DNA from: a virus
IMG/VR virus record: IMGVR_UViG_3300045988_076504
Coordinates: 36,080 to 100,079 of that record
Length of the DNA stretch: 64,000 nucleotides
Reading direction: 5' to 3' (one strand)
The position numbers and the translations under genes were made by a program. Shown one piece after another: positions 12,301 to 27,300 of this stretch (its first letter is position 1; every line of letters starts with the position of its first letter). The notes beneath the pieces were generated by a model. The model had not been told where the DNA came from. It saw only the letters and a program-made list of their open reading frames with translations, and did no database searches.

Positions 12301-14591
12301 ATGAATATCTTACTTATAAAACGCCAGAAAGACATTACAAAGGCGCTGCAAATGTCGGATCTCTTGGTATAATAGCAACACCTTCATATAAAAATTATAT
12401 AAACTGTGTACAATATTGTTACGGGTATTCTAAACTATACGAAAAGACACCATTCCTATATACAAGAGCGTACAGTAATTCAAATGAAACTACCAAATTA
12501 TTTGGTGACGCAAATATTGTAAATTCATATAATATAAAAGGAACTGAGAAGTATAATGTTAAGGATGCAATTATAACAAACGCTCTCGGATGGGATGATA
12601 TTTTTTCAGCAGACACTCAGAACGGAGCAACTTCATGGTCGTATAAATATAATGATTACGTACAACCAATAGGTATATCGACATATTGTAATATTATAAT
12701 GGGAGGAAAATATGGCGAATCTAAATATTTGACCAAAGACAAAGAGCAAGGGTTATTCAATAGCGAAGGAAAAACAAAAATATCATATGGAGACATGCCA
12801 TCTGGATTAGTAGGTACTGCAGGAAATAGCATATTGATAAATCTGGAAAGCGACAATAATATATTATATAAGAATGTAGCTACTGATAGAATATTAAAGC
12901 ATTCTAATCAAATGACATCGTTAAGCGATTATGAATTATGGTACAGCTACATATATGAACATCCAGCTACAGAGCAAAAAACTTTATATTCTACAACGTT
13001 TCCAAATGAGGTTACAGTAGACGAGGCTATAAGCGAAGCTTCTAGAGACAAATCTTGTATATACGACAAGGTAGTACGTAAAGAAGAAGGAGAATAGGAT
13101 TTGACTAGCTTTATTTATAGATCTAGTATTGCTGGAACATATCTTTGTAACTTGAAGCAGAACACCGTTCCGTATAATGGTTATCAATACACTTCCAGAT
13201 TAACAAATACGTATGTAAGTTGTGGAAATTATTATAAGTATAATCCGAATAAAAAGAAGATCGTATTTAACGGAGATTGTTATATTCAACCTTTTGAGTA
13301 TGTGAGTGCTCATAAATATTACTATAAAGATGTTGCCAGTCCTGTAACAACGTGTCTTATATACACATTCCCCGTGGAAACAAGTATAAACATGATAACA
13401 TCGTACGGTAATGAATTTTCAAAGAATCTCGACAGTGAAGGATTGTGTACAAATTTACAACAACAACCATCAAATGTGAACGACATTTATGCGTAGGATG
13501 ATCCTGAATATGTATACAATACTGCGTATTCTCAACAATCAAATGCTCAAACACACGAGGTTATAGATATTAGCGATGATAGCAATACCTTATCTTGTGT
13601 AGATTATAGATGTTACTATTCAGAATTAAAATCGAATAACGAAAATATTGATAGTTGGCAAGTATTTAAACCTGCTAATTTTTTAGATGTTGACGATAGA
13701 TACGGAGAAATAACCCATCTTAGAACATTTAACAATATATTAATGTTTTGGCAAGAGCACGCAACTGGACAGTTTAGTGTAAACGAGCGCAGTCAAATAA
13801 GCGATGATTCTGGAAAACCTATAGTTCTTGGTGTTGGAGATGTATTGAGTAGATACGATTATATTGATTATACAACAGGTATGCATAAAGAACAATATTG
13901 CGATACGTGTTCTAATACATCTTTATATTGGTTTGATTCGCACAACAGTGAAATAAAAACATTATCTGGTAACGGGGTTGTACAACTAAATAAAACACAC
14001 AACACGTAGAACATTATGCACGAATATTCTGGAATATCTGCACCAGTTATGTTCTATGATAAAAAATATAACGAGGTTGTTTCTAAAGTATTACACGGAG
14101 ATCCTGATAAATCTATCGCATATAATGAAATGATACAAGCATTTACATCTGTATACGATTTGGATTTCGAAAATCATCTCACGTTCGATAATAATATTTA
14201 TTTGTTAAATCCATCGAAAGAAGGAAAATTAAACATCGGACATTGGAATAATGGAACTCAAAACGTTAATACAAAATTAAAATATGTTGTGAATGCTAAT
14301 CCTGGAATAACCAAAGTATTTGATAATTAGGAAATCGTTACAGAACAATATAAAAACACCAATATTGAAGATTTTAAGTTTACGTGGTATACAGAAATAT
14401 CCGGAGATACTACTTATGAACAACCAAAGATAACAAACAGAGAAGGAAATTATAGATATTCGTTGCCGAGAGTTGGTTAGAATGCGGTCTATGGAAACAG
14501 ATTGCGTGGAAAATACATGATTGGCGAAATAGATAATATAATAACACCTATATCTTATATAATTACTAAATTTAGAAAATCATGTAGTTAA
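9387..14591 (+). CDS. Very large tail (hub/muzzle-type) structural protein, 1,734 aa, ~16 in-frame TAG
   Basis: Track ORFs 9387, 9834, 11034, 12699, 13101, 13743 and 14016 are all in frame 0. All gaps were read codon by codon and contain only TAG. The stop is TAA 14589-14591. Confidence 0.75.
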
Positions 14592-16642
14592 CAAATTATA
14601 AATATATAAAGAATCAAAAACCGAGATATGGCGATGGCAAGTGGGATTGGAATGATTGGTATAATGATACGAAAGGTATTATATCTTTTAATCAACCGAG
14701 CGGAAATAAACATCTAACATGGGGTAACGTACCTGGTCTTGAGAGTGTTATTCGAAGCGATATACAAACAGCTAGTCCAAATCAATTAAATAATATGGTT
14801 AACAAACCAGAACATTCGGAAATAAAACCAGGTTCTGAAAACGGAGGTTCATCTAAAGGCGTATCATCAACAGGATTATCTTGGGATCCTACATCAGCAT
14901 TAATGTCTACAGCTAATTTTGTTGGTGATGTGTTTAGCGCATATAATAGACCTGTTGCAAACGCATCCGAACTTGCTTCTCAAGCTGGTACATCTTATGG
15001 AAATGTAGGAGGAGTACAATATCAAAGACAGAATGCTGTTGACGTTGATCAGGCTGTATAGAATGCTAAAGAATAGGGGAACCAAGGAACAATGTCAACA
15101 GCTATGAGTGGTTTAAGTGCAGGAGCTGCTATAGGTTCTATAGGCGGACCACTCGGCGCAGGAATAGGTGCTGTTGTTGGAGGACTTGGTGGACTTTTAT
15201 TTGGAAATAGCGCAAAACGTAGAGCTATGAAACGAGCACAACGTCAAGGTGAATTAGCACAAAGAATGGCTGTAAATACTAATATATTTAACAGAGCACA
15301 AGCTCAGTCAGATTTGATGAAACAGCAATATATGTAGAAATACGGAAATACTCAAGGTGGTATACTGTATGCTAATAAAGGAAAAGATATACCGATGTAT
15401 AATAGTGGTAAAGATAAAGTATGGTCTCCTGACGGATATGTTTCTGGATTACACAATTCTTATGTAGGTAAAGGCGAAGTGATAGCCAACTTTAGCAGCG
15501 GCAAAGCTTCTGTAATCACAAAAGGTAAGGTTGGAGTTGATAATCAGAAATCATCGGTTAGTGAAAATGACGATAATGTAATACTCGGCAATGATGTTGA
15601 TTTTACAACAGGAAGGACATTCGCAGAACAAGGTAGACCATATGCAGACAAATTACATTTCATAAACCAATCTGAAAAGAAGGTTGGAAAATACGGGAAA
15701 TTGAGTTCTTTGAGTAAGAATACTCAAGATCTTTATAACAAACAAATAGGTTCTACTAAACAACAATTACTTGATGGTTTGAAAGATATTTCAGATAGAC
15801 AAGCAGAACAACATAATTATGAGAACAACATGAAACAATATGCACATTTTGCGAATGGCAAATCTTCTGTATTCTATAATAAATGGTTACCATATATGCA
15901 AATGGCAGTACCTAGTCTAACAGGTATTGCTGATGGAATCGGTAGATACATAAACGCTAACAAATAGAATATTGAAAATAGTGATACGTATTATAGAAAT
16001 CCGTATGCACAACGTGCTCTACAAGGTCTTGCAGGACTAAGATATGATGTAGATCCGGAGTTAAGACAATATGTGAATCAACAAGCTTATAATAAGTATG
16101 CAATAGATCAGCAAGGTGGTTTGACAGCTGGGCAGAAATATATAGCGAAGAATAGCTTGTATAATGATTATATAAATAATGTAGCTAAATTGTATGCAAA
16201 CGCTAACAATATAAATAATCAATACAAGGCACAGTATTATGATCAGCTTATGAAAGCTGGAGAAGCTGAAAGATCTGCTTTGACTGCAGCTAGACGTTAC
16301 GATGCTGATATTTATGCTAAAGCTAGAGCTGCACAACTTAATATGGCAAATCAAGCACGTAAGGATGCACTTGAAAATCTTTATAGAATGGATAAGAGAT
16401 TTGCAGATTATAAGATGTGGAAAGACACAAATAGGATTTACGAGCAGGATGTGGCTAATAAGAAACAAGATGTGCAAAATAGTTTTGATATAGCTAAAGA
16501 AACTGCTGCAAGTAATGAAAGAATCGCAAGAATGATGAATAATTCCAATCGTGTCGTTACAAATCCTATGTTTTATAGATTTACGCCAAGTAGTCTTTTT
16601 GATCAGTTAAACTTTAATTATTCAAATTTCACGAAACGATGA
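14582..16642 (+). CDS. Internal/ejected (cargo-type) protein with a Gly-zipper TM segment (686 aa, 5 TAG; codon 2 is TAG)
   Basis: It starts ATG TAG at 14582-14587, inside an ATGTAGTTAA overlap with the upstream stop. It joins track ORFs 14795, 15092, 15395 and 16073 (frame 2). It contains GLSAGAAIGSIGGPLGAGIGAVVGGLGGLLFG. The stop is TGA 16640-16642. Confidence 0.7.
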
Positions 16643-18363
16643 TATATAGATATGACCAACCTGTAGATATGCCAATTCCAGAACTGTATGATACCGGTTT
16701 AATGTAGGCATACACACAGGCGATAAGAGAGCAATTTGAAAAAGGAGAAAAGCGTTTAGATGAGTTTGCATCAAAGTATGGAAACTTCACATCTCCTTTT
16801 GCTAAAGATATACAAGATTGGGACAGATTGACAATGGGTCGAATAAATAATATTTATAATGACCTTGTATCCAGAGGCATAGATCCATTGCGTAGCAGAG
16901 AAGGTTAGATGCTAATGGCATAGGCTATTAGACAAACACCTGTTGGTAAATTAAATCAATTAAGGCAGTCTGCTGCAATAGGTGAACAATATCTCAAAGC
17001 CAAAGGAGATTTACAAGCGAAGGGTTTGTATAGCCAGGAGATGGAAGATTACTTTTTAAAACATCCTTTTAGTCAATGGAGTACTTCTGAAAACGGATTG
17101 TTTAATAGAACATCTCCTTTGCAATATAAGGATATACATGATATCACTGATGATTGGTTTAAGCATTCTGAGAAAAAATTTGATGAGAAATTAACAAAGC
17201 AGAAAGCGGACGGTTATGATTATTATACCGTTTCTGAAGATGATATACATGGTATTATAAACAGTAATATTAATGACTTTCTGGATAGCGATTACGGTCG
17301 TTATTATTATTAGAAAGAAAAGAATTTGGTTTAGCGTCTAAATCCTACAGCCACACAAGATTAGATAGAAAATATGGCGATGTAGAAGTTCAGAGAAGAT
17401 ATTGTCAATAGAAACAGTGATTATCTAAGAAACGAACGTAAAGTCAACGAATATGCTAAATTGGATTATGAGGATAAACTCGAACGTAGTAGAAAAGAGT
17501 GGGAGTGGGCAAACAAACCGTCTGGAAAATCTGGCGGTCCTCAGGAAACATAGAACTATCATCAGAACATGTTGTTAAACGGTTTGTATAATTTATCAGG
17601 CAATACAGATTTTCTTGATCCTGGTGTTTCAAGCAAAACCAAAACAACTATTGCATCTAAAGCTATTTCTTATTTGAAAGACGCTGTAAAAGGGTTTGAT
17701 ACAAATCCAAAGGAGAGACTAAAACAGATAATAAAATACACAACAATATAGGGGTCTGAAGAAAAACCTTCTTTTATAGGCGAGAAATTTAACCATAAAG
17801 CAGGAAAGTCGTATGGTAATTGGATGATCGGAAACAAAAAGGTCGAAGGCTTGACATTATCTCAAAACGAATTGAACACTTTAATCAGTGATATAAATTG
17901 GGGTGCGATGACAGTAAACAGTAATATTAAACAGTCACATGCGTTACATAACAACATAGCAAACCTTTCCAAAAAAACTATTTCATACGAAGTTACTGAT
18001 AAAAATAATAAATCAAAGAAAGTAACAAAAACAAAACCTAAATACAGATTTATTCTTATTCCGGATACATACAACAATGTCGCAACAACAATAGATAAAA
18101 ACGGAGCTGCTGTACAAGCTAATCGTGGAACGCTGTATGCTGTAAATACAGATGATAACTCAAAACAAATAAATCTCGGTAAAACATTCATACCGTTTAA
18201 TAAAACAGATCCTGTGACTACAGATGGAAAAGCTAAAACTAACGAAATTACAACAGCATCCGGATATAGAACAAGAACAGATCAACAAGAAAATAGTGTA
18301 CGTAAAGTATTAGGTATGAAAAATACCGATAAGGGTGCTAATACGGGAGATTATGATTATTGA
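16639..18363 (+). CDS. Internal/ejected protein of unknown function (574 aa, ~9 TAG)
   Basis: It has an ATGA overlap with the upstream stop. It joins track ORFs 17026, 17569 and 17824 (frame 1). The stop is TGA 18361-18363. Confidence 0.7.
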
Positions 18364-18365
18364 TT

Positions 18366-21300
18366 ATGGGAGATATTAGAAAATTAAGAGCCATCTCCGC
18401 AAATGTGAGACGGCAAGAAGAATATCAGCAGCGATTGAGGAATGAAGAGCGTGAGAAAAAACGCAAAGAAGAACTTCTTCGTCAACGTGAAAAGGAATAT
18501 TAGGAAGCTTTAAAAAAGAGAAAACAGGCTGAAGAAGCCGACGCACTTATACGAAAACATAAGGAGGAAAATAATTATAAGCCTGTTGATTCTCTAATAA
18601 CAAAATCCGAAGAGCCTCAAAAACAAGATTCTGCCGATATAATAAGACCTGTAACTAAACCTCAACCGAGTATATATAAAAGTCCTTTTAGAGAAGATAC
18701 AATATTTGGAGCAGATGGTAAATTAAACAAGTACGATTGGACAAAGTCTGAAAAGGCTATGAAATATACTCCAATGGTACAAAAAATGGTAGATAAATAT
18801 AAGCAGGATGAGAGTGACAAGCGTTTGAGATATGCCACAACTCCTGCTCGTATTGCTAACATGATGGCAGATCAAGCTGATTTGGAAGAAGCTCTTGCAG
18901 CGATGGGTGCTCAAAATGATGCGAATACCATGGCAATGAAAGAGGAGCTTAAAAAGATCAAAAACGACATTCAAAAGGAAGTAGATTGGTATACTGCAAC
19001 AACACCTCGTAGTAATTAGAGTGATATTAGAACAGATAGTTCGCGACTTATTTCTTATTTTGATGCTGGTGGTATAGGAGAAGCTTCTGTAGATATAAAT
19101 CATGCGTTAAAACAGCAACAACAAGCTAAAAAGCTCGGTCTTATTAATGACGGTCAGTCTTTGCTGGCTGACGCGTATCACACGTTCATGATTTCTAAAA
19201 ACGAAGTTCAACGACAAACATCACAAGGTAAAATTAATACTCTATAGCAACAGTTAAATATGGCGAACCCTCAGGGTCTGGACGAGTATCAAGACATATG
19301 TGAACAATATATACAATTAAATCAATGGTTGAACAGTGTTAAAAGAAGATATACTAGCGGACAAGGAATTACACCAGAAGAGAAAAGACAATGGGATCCT
19401 GTACAGAAAAAGATCAACGAGTTAAATAGCAAGAAAGAACAATATGAAAATATGTTTAATAATCTTGCTACTTTTGAAAATCAAACAACTGTTGGAGATT
19501 GGGTGTCAAATTCACAAAAATACTTAAACAAACTCAATTTGGATTTTGGTACTGGTGTTGGAGGATCTTTGAAAGGATATGGTGAAAATATAACCGGTTT
19601 TTAGAAAGCATTGGCCAATAGAGATCAAAAAGCTGTAAATTTTTATAAAAACAAGTTAAAAGGTATATTTAAGAATTTCTCTGCAAAAGGTGAAGAAATG
19701 AAAAAACTTTGGTAGAGAGATTATGATATAGATACTGCAGATTTAAATCGTTGGACATCGGACTACAAAGTATCTGAATATTTCAAACAAAAAGAACAAG
19801 AAGCTAATGATTTAGCATGGTATAATCCTAAAAAACTATGGATGGCTCCGTCTTTGTTAGGATCGTCTATGTCTTCTCCGGAAAAAACATTAATGTCCGT
19901 GGGAGCCGGATTGATAGCTCTCATGGGTTCGATATTAGCTCCTGAGACAGGAGGTGCTTCTATAGCACTTACAGCAGGAGCCGTATCATTCTTAAGCAGT
20001 ATGGCAGCAGGAGCTGATGAGAACTTTGCAAATGTCGCAGATGCTACAAACGAAATAGCCAAGAAAGATTTAGCTAAAAAAGGTCAGATGGATAAATTTT
20101 TAGCTGATGCCAGACAAGTTCTTGGTTATAATACAACAGAAGAGGACGCGTTACAAGCATTTTATCTCGGCAAATATGTTCCGAATGACTTTAAGATACG
20201 TCAGACTTTGTTAGATGCTACGGCAGGTTCTGCAAAGCAGTATTATCAAGGTATGGGTGTAAATACATGGGATTCTCTTGTAGATGCTATTGTTACATGT
20301 ATGCCTACTGGTGGTATTGCAAAAGGATCTAAAGTTGGGTTCTTAACAGATAAAATCGCAAGTAAAGCGGATAGAAAGTTGTTGAAAGCTCAGCTTTCTA
20401 AATATATGAAAGCAAACAATGTATCTCTCAAAGAAGCTATCAAGGCTTTCAATGAAAGCGGTGCTAGTAGAACAACAATATAGAACGCCATAAATGATTT
20501 ACGACAAGCTGTCAATGCTCCTGCTAATTATCTAAGAACGCTATCTAAAGACGTTGTAGAGAAAATGGGACTCCCTGTATTGCAACAAAAAGCAAATGCG
20601 TTGTTAGACAAAGGTCTCGCTAAAATGGCAGAAAGATCTTTAAGACATACAGCTAATGTTACAGACATGCTTGCAGCTGTTCCAGAAAGAGTTTTGAAGT
20701 ATAGAAAAAACTTAAGACTTGCTGGTAAACTAGCAAAAGATCTAGGATGGCGTACAGCAGCGTCTATGTATTCTGAAGGTGCAGAAGAAGGTATTCAGCA
20801 ATTGCAACAATATCAACGTATGGAAGAAAGGTCGAATGCGTATTTCAATGTATTAGAACAACTTCCTCTTACGATAATTGATGGAGCTAAATTATGGAGT
20901 ACGTTCTTATTTAAGAATCCAGAGAACCTTACAGCGCAAGAAAGAGATATAGTACAACAGATGCATGGTGGTATATTGGGAGCTTTGTTACAAGGTGGAC
21001 CGATGATTGCAGCACAAGGAGTTGGTGGTACGTATAAGCAATACAAGCTTGATCAGATTATAATGAATAACCTTTTAGCAGACAATATAGCAACAAATGA
21101 CTATCTTGATAAAGCTAGGATTTTGTCGCAAGAGCTTGGAAAAGGGAATTATAAGAACATTATAGAAACTCTGAATCAATACGATGAGTTAACTACAAAT
21201 ATGCGAAATCGTCATAAAGACGATCCTAATTGGGCGCTTCCTCAAAATCATATAAGCAATCTCCATAAACTTTTAAATGTTGTTGCAAATTTGCAACAAA

Positions 21301-24300
21301 ACGAAGAGGTTAAAAAAATAAAGAATTCTATTTTTAATTATGAAGATGATACGAAAGGCGTTATAAGAAAAACCGCAAAAGGTATATGGGATAATACATT
21401 TAATAGAAAAGATGCAAAACGCAGAAGCCAACTTAGAGACGATTATAATACATATATAGGTATCTTAGCAACGAGGTTGAACGAGATAAATGATTCCAAA
21501 CAGTTCTTGGACGAAAAGACAAGAGATCTTATTTCTGCAAGATTTAATCAAGGTACATTTGAAGACTATGTGAACAACAATCAAGCTAATCCTCTTGTAG
21601 CGGAACTATCTACAAAAATTGAAAAAGATGAACACGGATATCATTTGGCTGACGCATATAAAGATAACCAAGATCTACAAGAGAAGTTTAAATTGCTACA
21701 AGAAAATTATTAGACTCACAATTCGAATGCAGAAGTACTCCATAGTCTTATAGGTTAGATGCAGACGATGCAGCTTTTACAAGACATGGAGAAGATTAAA
21801 CAACTCCCAGGAGGAACCACACTGTCATCTAGAGCTAAGTTTGAAGTTGATCGTACTAAAAAACGACTTCGTGAGTTACATGGCGATAATATAAAGCTTG
21901 ATACAGAAGAAGATGTTAAGAACTTTGCAGCATCACAAGGCTATAATATAGACGACGATTATGTGGATGCATTAAGACAGGTATCTGATGCTAGAATGCA
22001 AGTGAACTTCAATACGGAAATGTTCAACAGGCTCATTACAAATACGAAAGACGCTGTAAAAGCTGTCAAATCATTTAAAGAGAATCGTAAAGCCGATGAG
22101 GAGTTAAGATAGAGTATTGAAGATGATTTCTACAACAATGAAATAGATCGTCAAAAGTTCGAAGCGTCGGAAATAAACGATGATAACAATACATTTACAA
22201 AAGACGGTAAAACGTATGTTGTACGTGATGATTCTGATGGTGTACGTAGAGTATACGAATACGACTCTGAAAACGACAAGCTTGTTCCTACAAATAAATA
22301 GTTCAATAAACGAGAGTGGTACGATAGTAGATAGTAGTTTGATGCTGAAACAGCAGACCATGAAAAACTCAGAGCTAAATATGACGATTATAAAAGCTTG
22401 CTCGATAAAGATGTAAATGATCTGACGGATCAAGAGAAAGAAAGACTTGAAACATACAAAGGTATGTTAGATAAGTTTAATCGTTTTGATGATTCTGAGC
22501 AAGCAAGAAATAAGTATTTAGAAGATGCTTCTAAGACTCCAGGATTAAAAACAGATTATACAGAAACCTTTAGAAATTTATCAGAGTACGCTAGCGAAAA
22601 AGGATATACTCAAGATCAATTTGATAGCCTTGTAAACGAATTAGCAAAAACATCAAACGATGGTTATAGAACCAGAGAATAGAAAATACGCAAATGGGTT
22701 GAAGATGGTAGAGATGTCGAATATTCTTATACAGGAGATTCTTATTTTATTGGAAGCGATCATGTGTCAAAAGAAGCTTATGATTATGCTAAATGGTTGC
22801 AAAAACGTAACGAAAATCAAGATGACGTTGTAGAAGATGACGAAGTTTTGGTAGAGCCTCCAATTGTTCCAGAGACTCGACCAGAAGATGAAGATAACTA
22901 GAGAAAAGCTTATCAAAAGCCAGAAACTACGTTTACGCATAATGGAAAGCCTATCACCTTGCAACAAGCTTAGGTTTTAACACAACTGCAGCCGTATCTA
23001 GCATCTGATGAAAAATATCATTATGAATGGCGTACTAGTGAAAACTATTTTATAGAAGAGAATGGTAAAATTGTAATGTACAATCGTCTACATAGTTTGT
23101 TAGATCCGTATATTGCAGATGAGCCAGAAAAAACAGAATCTATAAAAGAAAATACAAGAATATTACAAGCCGCAAGAGACAAATGGAAAACCGCTATTGA
23201 CAATAACGAATCTTCTGACCGAATTAAAGAGTTAAGAAAAGAGTATGTTTCATTAATCGAACAAATGCGTGACGATTATAACGAAATAGTTATGCTCAAA
23301 TATAGTCAGAATGAATCAGATGTTAAAAGATTCTATTTAAATTTTGATGGATATTTTCAAAATGACGACATTCTTATAAGCGATGATGCTGTAAACGCAA
23401 TGGCTACCATGCTTGCTCGTAAAGATAACAATTTGTTCGAAGTTGGATCTACCACAGTATCTGGTACAATTGTAGACGAAATAGCAAGATCTGTATTCGC
23501 ACATTCTCGTGTGGACAATATTCCAAGATTTAAAATGAGCGATGAAACATTTTCTAAACTCGTTAAAGATCTAGAGAAAGAAAGAGATCGCTGGGAATCA
23601 CTTGGTTATACTATTGTAACAGAAGGATTGTGTTTCCATGGTGAAATCCAAGACAAAGATGGTAATATAGTCCGAGTTGCTGGAGAAACAGACATGTTAG
23701 CAATAGCTCCAGACGGGTCTATTACAATCGTAGATTATAAAACGTCTAAGAAATCATGGGAAACTAAACAACGTCCTACAGGTGTACAAAGTACCGAAAG
23801 TGTTATAGACGCATTGGATTGGCAATATAGCAAACGCTATGCTTTTGGTAAACGACAACGTTCTACAGCAAGAGTATTCTATACAAATCAATTGAACGCA
23901 TACAGGCAAATGATAACAAACTGTACTGGATTGTCTGTTGCAAATCTTCAACTGATGGGATTTTAGACAGATATTGAAGAAAGTAATGATAGAATATTGT
24001 TAAACAAAATAAAATCTATTAGCGAACCTACAATTGTAGATATTGCTGTATTAGATCCTGTATTGAGTGAACATTCTTATATAGAACAACGTAGTGTAAT
24101 AGAAGAAAGAATAAAGGAAACTAAAGAGCGTACAAAAACCGCATTTAAAGAATATACCGATAAGTTTGCTGCTGTTGGAGAATTGATGCAAGACGTTCAA
24201 GATCCTAAATTACAAGCTTTGTATAAATATGCGAAAGAACAGATTGATAAGATTGGAGACATTGATCAGATCAACGACTTGGACAGATTAAACTAGCTTT

Positions 24301-27300
24301 ATAATTGGATCAATAATAGCATGTCCAGTTTACGTAATTTGGAAGCGGAAGCTCAACAAGCATTGAATGCTCAATCAGAAGATGCGTCTAGAAACGAAGG
24401 TGTTACACCTAACAGCAAAAAATTCAATGCTCCACACAGAGTGTATAGTGATGAAGAGTTGAAACATTATAATCACACAGCACAGGATCCTAAATTCTTA
24501 AACGCCCAATAGAAGAAAGAATTACAAACGTTCAAAGATTGGACAACACGACCAGATTTCGCATAGAATGTTCAGTTTGAAATAGATTTCGATGCGTCCG
24601 GGTTTATACATGGAGTACCTACAGCGGGTACCAGATTAAAATTCAAATCTATAAGTTATAACGGTGTTAAATTATCACCATCCGTTGTGCAGAATATTTC
24701 ATTTATGTGGTCTGTTGATCAAGACGCATCATCATTACGCCAGCGTCTTATACAATGTTTTAATGACAATTATGACGATATCAAATCTGGCAAAAAGAAA
24801 ATCATATTAAAGAACGTACAAAGAACAAACGGTAAATTACTATTCGGTGATACTTCTAAAAATGTACAAGAAGCGTTGGAATTGTCAGACGAACAAGTTT
24901 CAAATTTGTTAAATTATGATAGCGATGCTGTACTATTAATATCGGATAGTGCTGGTATTGTACGTAGATTGGATAGTGAAGATAAGAAAGCCGGGTCTGG
25001 AACCGCTGAGCGTATTTCTAAAAAAGAAGAAAATAGAAACCGTCCTGGTATTGTATACATACAAAAGTAGCTGCATTATGCTGAAGATGAAGGATCTGGA
25101 AATAAACCACACACAGCTTTAATTCCGCTCACGCCTGCTAAAATGTCATCTGGTGCAGTAGATCTCATAATAGATATTCTTACAAACACCGGTAAATCCA
25201 AAAATATGTCTGCAAAAGACAACAACGGAAATTCAATACCGGGACCTATAAATAGATCATTACTGTTACACTACTTAATCCGTTTTGGAGGTGGTGCTGA
25301 AGCTATGATGAATAGTTTCCAATTCAATTATGAAAGTAATGGTCAAAACGGTTTGGACTACAGTAAAGTATTCATAAGTACAGATAGAGGTTAGACAAAA
25401 ACAACTTATAACTTAAAAGACATACAAGATGTATAGAAATTAAGAGAGTGGTTGTTAAATAATGCATATTTGAATGTACAAAATATATCTTTGATTCGAG
25501 ATAATGTAGCAACATCTAAGGACGGTATTTTTGCAGGAGTAAAAGAATGGTTTGATAATCATCCTGATGTAGAATCTATATCATACTCTGACGAATTTGT
25601 AATAACGAGAGATGATGTAAATTCTAATATCGGAGGAATACAATGGATGATTAAAAACAACTGGTTGCAATCTCAGTATACTGGTATTACGGACGCTATT
25701 GTATCTGCTAATGATTTTGACATAATAGATCAAGTTCAAAACGCTCCAGAAAATATTTAGAAACAGCAAGATGATTTTGATCGAGCTGTGGAAGAGCAAC
25801 TAGGACCGATTCCGGACGGTGTAAACGATAACAACGATCAAAACACAACAAACGATGCTCCGATCTCTTTTGATGACTGTGATAACGCTTGGGGAAACAT
25901 AATAGATCCTAGCGCGACACTATTCATGAGAAACCCAGAACATCCAAAACGACCGATAACAGAAAAACGTCAAATGGACAAAGCTATTCAAGATGTCAAA
26001 AGGATGTGTGGAGATACAGTTCTCATAGAAACGTTGGACAGTGTTCAAATGGCTGAAAGATTTGGAGATGCTGTTGGAGCATGTACTCAAGCAAGTATTG
26101 TGTTATCGTACGGTGCGGAAAACGGAGTTCAATACCACGAAGCATTTCACAGAGTTGTAGAATTAGCAATGCCAAAAGATGAGCGAGACAAATTGTATAA
26201 TCTGTACAAGACTAAATACGCTAAGAATACAAACCTTAAAGATAAGGATGTTGCTGAAGATTTAGCCGATATGTATTTTGATTACAGTAAGAATGTATGG
26301 CACCCGAGAAATAAGTTGTTTGCAAAACTATTCTCGAAAATATATAATTATATAAATGCTTTATTGACAACAAAAAGTTTTAAATTTGCAGCAACGTTTG
26401 TTAGAATTGATTACGGTAAATATGCTAAGAATGAAATAACAAAAGAAAATCAAGACCGTTTTACAAAAGAATTCCACAATGTACTGAAAATGACATTGAA
26501 AGATTCTACTGGTAAGGAGCATGTATTTAATAATGTATATACACAAACACAACTAAAAGACGCTGTTGATGTATTGTTACCTTTAATAATCAAATCTCAA
26601 GGTATCGATATTCTTGGTTCTAACGCAGATACTCTAAAAACAGATAAAAAATCTTTGCTTGCAGAAGGTTCTAAATTCGCACAAATATATAGACAGTTAA
26701 CGTGTGGTGATGCTACTGAATTATAGTTAAATCAAGCTGTTGCGGAAGGTAAGTTGTCTCCACTAACAAGAAATAATGCATTAGCTTTACGAGAAGTGTT
26801 TGACAACTGGTCTCTTGTACAACCGATGTTGGAAGACAAATTACGTGCCGTCGGACTTCGTTCGAAACTTGGAGATGTCAATCAGATAAGTGCAGATGTA
26901 ACTAGTCATACAGACGATGCCTTTTATTCTCATTCTATGAGTGACGATATAGGTTCTGCGATGCTTTATTTACTTAGTACTATACCAAATCAAAGGTATG
27001 TTACACAAGAAGATGTGGCTTCTGGCTTAGCTAAAAACATGTATGCTACAGATAAAAATGGAAATATTATAATGGAGAATGGTAAACCGAAACGCGCTAC
27101 TATTCCAGCAATACGTAATAGTTTCGGAATGACTTCGTATCTTCCATTTAAAGCTGTACACCAAAGAATGTTAACAGAATTGCACGATGTAAAAGATGTT
27201 CGTGATTTGGTAGAAAAACTTAAGAAGTTAGGAGAAGTAGATTACTTATTTAACACTCTTGCACAGTATCTCGAAAGATTTAGATACTTGTCATATATAA

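Noticed and set aside
16061-16477. A 138-aa minus-strand ORF, together with similar antisense ORFs inside the plus-strand block (for example 635..817, 1108..1356, 18723..19103, 22104..22433 and 28949..29212)
   Set aside because: These are low-complexity, Ile/Leu/Ser/Cys-rich shadow ORFs. They sit opposite much longer, motif-bearing recoded frames. They have no gene-like junctions and run against the orientation of the operon.
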